Part shown: positions 42,561-50,200 of the stretch, one piece after another | Layout: every line of letters starts with the position of its first letter | Numbering within the stretch: position 1 is the stretch's first letter | Source: a virus | Length of the DNA: 64,000 nucleotides | Reading direction: 5' to 3' (one strand) | Virus record (IMG/VR): IMGVR_UViG_3300028625_000001 | Coordinates: 1 to 64,000 of that record | Position numbers and translations under genes: made by a program | Notes under the pieces: model-generated | What the model was told of the DNA's origin: nothing | What the model saw: the letters and a program-made list of their open reading frames with translations, nothing else | Databases searched by the model: none

Positions 42561-42689
42561 GGGCGCATGGCAAAATTGGCAGATGCTATCGTGACCGAAA
42601 GGTTAGGAGTCTCGTGAGTGAACACGTGAAAAAGCTCGCTAGAATGGGGATCTTGACCATTCGTACAGGTTCGAATCCTGTCGCGCCCA
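42561..42689 (+). tRNA. class-II-like tRNA-like gene with about 50-nt insert (129 nt), paralog of 38721-38894
   Basis: Acceptor GGGCGC(A)/(C)GCGCCC. D-arm GCA-AAATTGGCAGA-TGC. T-arm ACAGG-TTCGAAT-CCTGT. Shares GCTATCGTG...GCTAGAA...TTCGT with 38721. GAAA-tetraloop hairpin at 42590-42607. No CCA. Confidence 0.45.
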
Positions 42690-42699
42690 TTAGACCCCG

Positions 42700-43000
42700 G
42701 CAGGGTCATATTAAACCAGAGAGCAGTTAAGTCTTTCTGTACCAATAGCCGGGTGCAGTCTCTGTTGTAATCCGTTGGCCCGTTTCAGGTACAGAGACGA
42801 AGCAGAAGCGGGCATAAAATTAACCTCCATATCGGACCTTCCGATGGACGCATCGAGAACGGCTAACCGGTATGGCAGAATTGATCCCCACGTCCGCCCT
42901 GCATGTCGACGGGCAGTGATAGGTCAACGGGCGTGGTAGTTAATCCGCGGGACAGTACGCCGAGCCGCTGAAAGGGAAAGTCCTTATGTGACCGGAGTAC
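42700..43000 (+). ncRNA. candidate structured RNA (about 300 nt, unclassified; some group-I-intron-like boxes)
   Basis: ORF-free and more GC-rich than its flanks. Many perfect helices: CCCGGC/GCCGGG, GTCTCTGT/ACAGAGAC, ATCGGA/TCCGAT, GGCGT/ACGCC. Motifs GAAGCGGGCAT, TAATCCGCGGG and AGGGAAAGTCC. Confidence 0.35.
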
Positions 43001-43004
43001 GAGC

Positions 43005-43075
43005 AGAGGGGTAGCTTAATAGGTAAAGCTGATCTCATCCATGGATGTATGCAGGTTCGAATCCTGCTCCCTTTG
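43005..43075 (+). tRNA. tRNA-like gene, loop CATCCAT (UCC with A33), short variable region
   Basis: Acceptor AGAGGGG/TCCCTTT (two G-U pairs). D-arm GCTT-AATAGGTA-AAGC. T-arm GCAGG-TTCGAAT-CCTGC. 4-bp anticodon stem. No CCA. An alternative perfect 5' strand AAAGGGA lies at 42971. Confidence 0.45.
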
Positions 43076-43089
43076 CTAGAAGGAGTTGG

Positions 43090-43620
43090 TTGGTTGTGTT
43101 TTTTAGAAAAACGTTGAAGGAAATAATTTCCAAGATTACCAAGGGGAATTTAGTAATATGCAACAAGGTCAAGTATGTAGAAGAGGCCGTCAACGACGAA
43201 CGCCAATTGATATATGGTCTTAGCGGCGAGATAAAAGCGCTTCGAGATGCGATAGTAGAGAACCCTTTTGCTAATCCTCAAAAGGGGAATTTATCTATCC
43301 AACAAGAAGTGTATATAGAACACAGCGACGGGGCTAGGGAAAAGACGGACGAACTCCGCCGCTTAGTCCTTGGAGCAACTTATAAACATTTCAAAGGAGA
43401 CAACTATAGAGTCCTTGGACTTGCAAAACACCACGAAAGCGGCGAAATACTGGTAATTTACCAGATGGTATATAACTACCTAAACACTTATTTGTCGATA
43501 GCTACCGTCGGCGAAATCTATGCCCGGCCAATAGATGACTTTCTTTGTCTGGTAGAGCGCGACGGGGAAGTTAAACAAAGATTCCAGCTTATAAGCGAGC
43601 TGAGAAAGGAGGAGACATGA
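43090..43620 (+). CDS. DUF1653-domain protein
   Basis: ATYKHFKGDNYRVLGLAKHHESGEILVIYQ...YARPIDDF resembles the DUF1653 core. Start is TTG 43090 or GTG 43096, after AAGGAG. Confidence 0.55.
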   Translation: MVVFFRKTLKEIISKITKGNLVICNKVKYVEEAVNDERQLIYGLSGEIKALRDAIVENPFANPQKGNLSIQQEVYIEHSDGAREKTDELRRLVLGATYKHFKGDNYRVLGLAKHHESGEILVIYQMVYNYLNTYLSIATVGEIYARPIDDFLCLVERDGEVKQRFQLISELRKEET

Positions 43621-43889
43621 ACGGCGCTAAGGAATATGCAGAGAAATATTTTATAGCAATCAGTGGATATGAAACAGATGTTCGTTACGCCTTAAACATT
43701 GCTTTCTTTAGGAGACTGGCGGTAAGAATGGGCGCCGCCGATGATCCCGATGCGGACGCGCTTCTTAAAAAAGGCGATGAGTTCTATAAAGAAAACAGAG
43801 ATGAAATATTAAAGGCATTACGGGCGAATCCATCTTGGACATCAGAAGAAGAAGCATATATAGAAAAAGAAATAACGGGAGGGAATTGA
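43617..43889 (+). CDS. hypothetical protein (90 aa)
   Basis: ATGA overlap with the upstream stop. Confidence 0.55.
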   Translation: MNGAKEYAEKYFIAISGYETDVRYALNIAFFRRLAVRMGAADDPDADALLKKGDEFYKENRDEILKALRANPSWTSEEEAYIEKEITGGN

Positions 43890-43891
43890 GA

Positions 43892-44245
43892 TTGACTAAA
43901 CGTTTTTGCGATCATTGCGGTGAAGCGATCCCTGACAAAGATAGTTTTTATACCGTTGAACTTAACGGCAAGCAGTATGATTTTTGTTCTATAGCCTGTC
44001 ATGAGGCGTTCGTCGCCGCACATAAAGATGAGATCGAAAAGCATCAGCTTGAAAGAAGAAACAAAGAGCTTGACAAAAGACATAAGGAACTTGAGGCAAG
44101 GATTCATAAGTTAGAAGAGCGAATCTCTTCTCTTGAAATGATGGAAATGTGGAAGGAATTTTTCCCTGTGCAATTCCCTGACTTGCAAGTTGCCTCGGAT
44201 ACTAATGAGAGCGCCAGACTCCCCTTTGTTACTTATACCCTTTAG
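43892..44245 (+). CDS. zinc-binding (CxxC...CxxxC) coiled-coil protein (117 aa)
   Basis: ORF 43835..44245 trimmed to TTG 43892 after GGGAGGG. FCDHCGE...DFCSIACHEAF. Confidence 0.5.
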   Translation: MTKRFCDHCGEAIPDKDSFYTVELNGKQYDFCSIACHEAFVAAHKDEIEKHQLERRNKELDKRHKELEARIHKLEERISSLEMMEMWKEFFPVQFPDLQVASDTNESARLPFVTYTL

Positions 44246-44255
44246 CAAAATACAG

Positions 44256-44329
44256 GGCGAGGTAGAGTAGCGGCCACTCGAAGGTCTCATAAGCCTTATA
44301 GGAGGGTTCAACTCCCTCCCTCGCTCCCA
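44256..44329 (+). tRNA. tRNA-Met (CAU), CCA encoded
   Basis: Acceptor GGCGAGG/CCTCGCT. D-arm GAGT-AGCGGCC-ACTC. Anticodon arm AAGGT-CTCATAA-GCCTT. T-arm GAGGG-TTCAACT-CCCTC. Ends C-CCA. Confidence 0.85.
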
Positions 44330-44382
44330 GGATAGGCATCTTACATACCCGAAAGTAACTTACTCAAGAGTATCTTGTTTGC

Positions 44383-44468
44383 GGCGGGGTAGTCTAATTG
44401 GCAAGGCAGCGGTCTTGAAAACCGTCGGGCGAAAGCCTTTGAGAGTTCGACTCTCTCTCCCGCCGCCA
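44383..44468 (+). tRNA. tRNA-Ser (UGA), class II, CCA encoded
   Basis: Acceptor GGCGGGG/TCCCGCC. D-arm GTCT-AATTGGCA-AGGC. Anticodon arm GCGGT-CTTGAAA-ACCGT. Variable arm GGGC-GAAA-GCCT. T-arm GAGAG-TTCGACT-CTCTC. Ends G-CCA. Confidence 0.85.
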
Positions 44469-44490
44469 GAAAAGATTAGGAGATGAATAG

Positions 44491-44952
44491 GTGAACCCCT
44501 TTTTTAAGTATCTGAAATACCTGCTAAAACATCGTTGGTACGTATTTGTCGAATGTTGTAAGTTAGGAATTCCTTGGCGAGGTTTAACACATGACATAAG
44601 CAAGTTCCTGCCTGATGAATGGATTCCTTATATGCGACATTTCTACATGTCATACATAACCAGACCGGAATGGAAGACGCAATATAACATTGCATGGCTT
44701 AAACATCAAAACCGAAACAGACACCATTGGCAATATTGGCTACTCTGGAAAGATAGCGGCAAGGTCTTACCTCAAGAAATGCCAATGAGATACCGAAAAG
44801 AGATGTTGGCAGATTGGCGTGGCGCCGGACGCGCCATTACCGGGCGAGACGACACAAGAGAGTTCTACCTAAAGAATAAAGACAATATAACTCTCGCACC
44901 AGAAACTAAACGATGGGTAGAGGCAAAATTAGGGATAGATCGATCGAATTAA
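44491..44952 (+). CDS. hypothetical protein (153 aa, His/Trp-rich)
   Basis: GTG after TTAGGAG. LTHDISKF...HQNRNRHHWQYW. No family assigned. Confidence 0.5.
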   Translation: MNPFFKYLKYLLKHRWYVFVECCKLGIPWRGLTHDISKFLPDEWIPYMRHFYMSYITRPEWKTQYNIAWLKHQNRNRHHWQYWLLWKDSGKVLPQEMPMRYRKEMLADWRGAGRAITGRDDTREFYLKNKDNITLAPETKRWVEAKLGIDRSN

Positions 44953-44962
44953 AGGAGGGATA

Positions 44963-45262
44963 ATGCCGTGGCTTAACTTCTATTTTTGGAGGGAACCCAT
45001 GAGCAGAAGCTATACAAAAGCAGTCAGGATTCATCGAGGAAAACCTAAAACGGCCAGAAAGAACAACGCAAGAGTTTGTAGACGGAAAGTAAAACAGTTT
45101 ATCAAAGGCAGGAAGTTGGATAAGGCTGCAAGCTACGCTGGGAAAGACCACTATTCAACATTCTACGAGGTTTGGGAATTAAAGGCTGTCTGGTTTGTAG
45201 AAGAACTCTATAACTGGATATATAAAGGGAAAGAAAGTCTAAAAAAGCTTAGAAGTAAATAG
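44963..45262 (+). CDS. basic small protein (99 aa)
   Basis: ATG after AAAGGAGGG. Confidence 0.5.
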   Translation: MPWLNFYFWREPMSRSYTKAVRIHRGKPKTARKNNARVCRRKVKQFIKGRKLDKAASYAGKDHYSTFYEVWELKAVWFVEELYNWIYKGKESLKKLRSK

Positions 45263-45354
45263 TTAGGTTCGTCGAAGAGGGGTAAGTTTCAATGAGAGCA
45301 ATCATGTTCTCAATGCGACTTACCCTCATTTTTTATCAACAGGAGGCTTTTAAA

Positions 45355-45813
45355 ATGGAAGTCTTTTATAGCAACAAGTTATTGACAATCGCCTTATCCA
45401 TAGTCTTTCTTCTATTGTGTGGAAACTTTTCATTATCAACCTACATGCTCAACGCTCCGCCTCTAGTTATTAGAGGGGATCTCTCTGGCGCGAAAGTCGC
45501 CTATGGCTCCGCTCCGGCAGCGTTTCAGTCTCTCTTTACTATTCATCTTAATGAGAAAGTCGGAAATTATACAACCATCAGGCATGAGTATCAACACTAT
45601 ATACAAAGTGCCCTATTAACTCCATTTGGTGCGGCGATAGGCTATCAATGGCAGCGATGCATATTGGGCAAAAGCTACAATGAGAACTGGTTTGAACTAG
45701 ACGCAGACCGGGCAAGAGAAGACGGCCTGATGTTTGATGTTTTTGTCTGGAACACTAAAGAACTTGTCACCATAATACCAGGACAATACTACTTCGATCT
45801 AGGGGTGGAATAA
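45355..45813 (+). CDS. membrane-anchored HExxH protein (putative metallopeptidase-like), paralog 1
   Basis: Trimmed to ATG 45355 after ACAGGAGG. TM helix LLTIALSIVFLLLCG. IRHEYQHYIQSALLTPFG contains HEXXH. Confidence 0.5.
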   Translation: MEVFYSNKLLTIALSIVFLLLCGNFSLSTYMLNAPPLVIRGDLSGAKVAYGSAPAAFQSLFTIHLNEKVGNYTTIRHEYQHYIQSALLTPFGAAIGYQWQRCILGKSYNENWFELDADRAREDGLMFDVFVWNTKELVTIIPGQYYFDLGVE

Positions 45814-46235
45814 TGGAAAATCTATACACAAACCCGTGGGTAACTATCCCCCTCACGATACTATACGCTTGCCTTGCGTTGAATTTTGCCGGGGCAATTT
45901 TTGCGTTGAACGCCGACCCGATATTGATCCCAATAGAAACCAAAAACCCTTCATTCACAGGAATAACGATAGCGCCTTTCATAATACTTAAAAACGAATG
46001 TTTGACATACACAGATTTAAGACGCGAATACCAGCATTATATGCAGCAATCGTTGTTGACGCCTTTAGGCTTCTTAGGATTCTATATTGGAGAATACTTA
46101 CTTGAGGGTAGTTTTGACAATGTATCTTTTGAACAAGAAGCCGTCAAGAAGGAAAACGATTCTCTTGAGTTTGAGGTGTTCAACATAAAGACTTTTAAGA
46201 AGATGAAAGTATATTCAGACATGGGGGGGGATTGA
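45813..46235 (+). CDS. membrane protein, degenerate paralog of 45355-45813 (REYQH instead of HEYQH)
   Basis: LRREYQHYMQQSLLTPLG aligns with the HEXXH region of the upstream gene. N-terminal TM segments. Confidence 0.5.
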   Translation: MENLYTNPWVTIPLTILYACLALNFAGAIFALNADPILIPIETKNPSFTGITIAPFIILKNECLTYTDLRREYQHYMQQSLLTPLGFLGFYIGEYLLEGSFDNVSFEQEAVKKENDSLEFEVFNIKTFKKMKVYSDMGGD

Positions 46236-46979
46236 ATGAGCGAAAGAGACGACCAGGTAGCGACCCTGGGGATTGAAATAAAAGAAAACGAGGCTGTCAA
46301 AGCTTTACATCCCGAAGATGACGAAGGAATAACCGCCGTCGAGGCGGCGGAGGCTTTTGACACAATCGAGCATGGCTATAAACTCTGGGAGTATGCACCC
46401 GGCGTTAAGTTCAGACTCTATTTCCCCTCCGCGGAAGTTGCGGGAGAAGCCAACTTCGTCTATTCAAAGATGTATCTTACATACATAAAGGGCGGCGCAC
46501 TCCCCTTACAAAAGCTTATGGCTTTAATGGACGCTCAGGGGTTATGGACTAAAGAAGACGAAAAGAAGTTTATGGAAGCAGAAAAAGAGCTTCGAGAACA
46601 ATCCTTGCGCTATTTGAATCTCAGAAAAAAGGTTGTAGAAAACCCTGAAGAAAGACTCGCGGGGGAAGTTATCAATGCCGATGCCGCATATAAAGAAGCA
46701 TATGAGGAATATATAAAACTTAAGGAAACGAAAGAAAACATCGTCAGCCTTTCAGCGGATTCCCTGGCGGACACTCAAAGAAGAGCTTATTACGTATATA
46801 GACTGACTAGACTAGAGGACGGAAGTCCTAAATGGGCTTCTTTCGATGACTTACTAAAAGAGACAGAGATGGTCATAGACAAGATATGGCAACAAATACT
46901 AGCCTTCTATGTCAAGTATGGTGATCGTTTTTTAGGAAGCTTGCCCGTTCAAGACACTGGAAAGACAGACAAAAAGTAG
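46236..46979 (+). CDS. hypothetical protein (247 aa; in the position of a tail assembly chaperone)
   Basis: ATG after GGGGGGGATTGA. Upstream of the tape measure gene. Function is positional only. Confidence 0.45.
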   Translation: MSERDDQVATLGIEIKENEAVKALHPEDDEGITAVEAAEAFDTIEHGYKLWEYAPGVKFRLYFPSAEVAGEANFVYSKMYLTYIKGGALPLQKLMALMDAQGLWTKEDEKKFMEAEKELREQSLRYLNLRKKVVENPEERLAGEVINADAAYKEAYEEYIKLKETKENIVSLSADSLADTQRRAYYVYRLTRLEDGSPKWASFDDLLKETEMVIDKIWQQILAFYVKYGDRFLGSLPVQDTGKTDKK

Positions 46980-47005
46980 GGGAGGAGTTAAATCTCCCCG
47001 TTTTT
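46979..47005 (+). terminator. terminator-like hairpin
   Basis: GGGGAG-N9-CTCCCC followed by GTTTTT. Confidence 0.55.
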
Positions 47006-47038
47006 CGACTTCCGTCATATGCTTCACAAATAAACCCT

Positions 47039-47278
47039 TTGCTTTCCAAATTCATTAGCTATGTTGTTTTTTACAACAACATCTTGTCCGAACCCGTCAA
47101 CAGACCGCCGGACTCAATTATCAAGATCGATGAAAAAGTGGACGAATGGGTCAAGAAGCGCTACGACGATCTTGAGTCTCAGAGAATGGATTATTACCTC
47201 AAGTACATGAGGAATATCAGACCCATAGCTGGTCCTGATGATGACGGGTTCGTCTTTATAGGCGACGGGAACGATTAG
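47039..47278 (+). CDS. hypothetical protein (79 aa; start uncertain)
   Basis: ORF track entry with TTG start. Immediately upstream of the tape measure gene. Confidence 0.4.
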   Translation: MLSKFISYVVFYNNILSEPVNRPPDSIIKIDEKVDEWVKKRYDDLESQRMDYYLKYMRNIRPIAGPDDDGFVFIGDGND

Positions 47279-47290
47279 GGGGGGATAAAC

Positions 47291-50200
47291 ATGGAACCAC
47301 AAGACACCTATGATTATCTATTGACTATGGGCGTTGATGCCAAAAAAGTCTTTGAGACGTTTAACAAGATTGATGAGCGGGCCGATCAGATTGGACAGAA
47401 TATAGACTTGAAAGGTTTACAACGCCTCACCACAGAAATGACTAATGTCCAGAAACAGCTTACCACAATCATAACCGACTTCAATAGACTAGGTACAATT
47501 ACAGGGAAAGTTGCAGCGCCTATCAACACTAAAGGAATAGAAAACGCGAAACAACAAGTAAGTAGCCTCAGCGACGCGATAAACAAGGTGAATCAACAAG
47601 TCGGAGCCTCTATAGAAAGTCAGTCAAAACAGGTAGAACAAAAATTTACCAAGAGTCTTAGCGACTTTGTAAAGAAGAACAAGGAAATAAGCTCAAGTAT
47701 TCCCGCTACATATAAAGACGCTTTCGCCGCGTTATCCGCCGAGGTACAAAAAACGATCCCGAAGATCCAGGAAGAGATGCGAAAGCTCGTCGATATATGG
47801 GATCAGCAATCACCAGAAGTCAAAGGACAAACCCCCCTTAAGAGTCTTATCCCCTCTCAACAAATAGCCTTAGATATGGAAGACGGCAAAAAAGCTATCT
47901 TTGAAGTAACTTATCAGTATGACAGGCTCAAGGACGAAATGACCGCCGTTGTTAAAGCTTCTAATGATGTAGCAAAGTCTATGAAGGATATTCCCACAAT
48001 GAAAGTCTTTGGTCAGGCGGTCGAGCCAGTCGAAAAGGTAAAAACCTCGCTCGAAGAAACGGCAACGACCATCAAGACCAGATATGGAGAAGCTTTCCAA
48101 ACTTTCAATAGACACATCAACGAGTCTTTCCCTAAAGCGGAAGAGAGAATAAAAAAGTTTGCCGATGAATGGGCCAAAATGTCGGAGGAACAAAAAAGAC
48201 AAACCCCCTTAAGTAAGATAGCAGATCCTGACTATTTTGTCATCGAGCTTGAAGACGGCAAAAAAGCTCTTTATGAAATAAGTTATGCCTATGACGAAGT
48301 GAATAAACAAGTAGTAGCCAACGTAAAGGCACATAACGAGTTTGCGAAATCACTTGATGAGATCCCTAACAAAGTCAAGTTAAGCGGCCAGGCTATGGTC
48401 AACAACTTCAGCAATGCAACTGAAGTCACTAGAAAAACACAGAGCGCCTTTATGGACTTGGCGCGGGAGATAAAAGACTCCGTTCCGGTCATGAAAGAGC
48501 AAATGGAAAGTTATGTCCGTGAATGGGAGAAAGTTAGAGGTATTGACCAAGAATCGATTCCTCTTGACGCCATGAAAAAGACCAAGCAATTTGTAGTCGA
48601 TATAGGCAATGGGCAAAAAGCACTCTATGAAGCTACTTATACATTCAACAGAATGACCGGCGAAGTCTCTACCTCCGTGAAGGCGGTTAATGACTTTGCT
48701 AAAGCCTTCGATGGTATACCCGGGAAGTTTGATGTTGCGAAAAGGGCCGGTCGTGGCGTAGTCGATACTCTTAGAAATATTCAGACCGTAGGGCTCGCCG
48801 CGCAAAAGGTTTTTACCTGGTTGGTCGCTACAACCCTAATATATGGGACCATCAGATCCTTCCAGAAATACGTTTCTATGTTGTCGGAGATCGAGGAGAA
48901 GTTTATTACTCTCCAGAAAGTTACAAGCGATACCGGGACAGTCGAGAGATATTTTGAAACAGCAATGGTCCTTGCAGATGCTTACCGCATGAAGATTCAA
49001 GATACCCTCGATGTCATGACCGAGTTTGCACGGCAGGGTCTGAGAGGCGAAGAACTCTTATATGCCACTCAAGCCGGACTTTTAGCGACTCAGGCGACCC
49101 CTTTAAGCGCAGAAGAATCTACTAAAGCGCTTATCGCTATGTCAAAACAATTCAATATAGCGGCTGAGGATCTTGCTCAGACAGTTGACAAGATAACGAA
49201 CGTAGCCAACAACTTTGCAGTAGAAGCAAAAGACCTTACAGAAGGGCTTTCTATCGTGGGACAAGTAGCTTCTATAACCGGGGCTACGATAGATGACATG
49301 TCCGCAATCATTGCCACGGCGGGAACCGTGACTAAAAAAGCGGGAAACGAAATAGGTAATGCCTGGAAGGTGATAATAAGTAGGATTTATGGTAGCGAAC
49401 AATCCCAGAGAGAAATATCTAACCTTCTTGGTCTTCCTATGGTAGATATCGTTAATCAACCGTTGGTGGAGCTCCTGGCTCAAATGGCGGACAGATGGAA
49501 GACGGTAGACGAGTCTCAGAAAAACGCCGTTGCCAGCGCTATTGTCGGACGCAGAAGATATGCCGATCTTGTGGCGGTCCTTGAGAATTTTGATCTCGTG
49601 GTCGATGCGGCCGCAACCTCTATCTCTTCTTTTGGTGCCGCAGAAAGGGCCGTCTCCTTACAGTTTGACAGCTTTAAGAGTGCGGTTCAGGAATTAAAGA
49701 ATACTGCTTATAACCTGACCAGGACTTTTGGAGACGAACTACTCAATGCCCTGGCGGGAGCGATAGACCCGGAAAGGATCGGGGCATTGATTACAGCGAC
49801 AGTAGCTCCCACGGTCATAAACGCTTTCTATAAGATATTCACAAAAACCGCTTTCCTTTCAAAGGGTTGGCTTGGCTTAGTCACCGCGGCTATTGCTGGG
49901 ATAGGTTTCGCAATAGTCTCTCATCTTGAAAAGGTAGAACAACTTAGGCGGCACTACACGAGGCTAGACAATGAAGTAGATACCCTTACAAAAGGATATA
50001 AAGACTTACAAGTTCAGCTTAGTAAAATAGATTCTTCGACAAAAGATGCAGCTTTTGAACAACAGAAATTACAGCTCGCTTTGACCAAGACTAAAGACAG
50101 GATAAGAGAACTCATTCCTTTTGTCACCAAGATAAGTGAGATCGATGGCAAGTTGTCTTTTGACATTGACGAAGAGTCTTATATGTATGCGCAGGAATTG

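Noticed and set aside
42524-42745. ORFs 42524..42745(-) and 42542..42730(+)
   Set aside because: They overlap the tRNA-like gene 42561-42689 (acceptor, D-arm and T-arm are evident). Neither has an RBS.
42700-43000. Calling the structured segment a bona fide group I intron or RNase P RNA
   Set aside because: The P/Q/R/S-like boxes are not in canonical order. No interrupted exon could be identified because both flanking tRNA-like genes look complete. Only one RNase P-like box (GGGAAAGTCC) is present. I report it only as an unclassified RNA candidate.
42971-43004. Extending the 43005 tRNA-like gene to a 105-nt version starting at the perfect acceptor match AAAGGGA (42971)
   Set aside because: The intervening 27 nt give no D-arm, whereas the 43005 start gives U8, a canonical D-arm and correct spacing. 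I kept it as a note because the 7/7 complementarity is striking.
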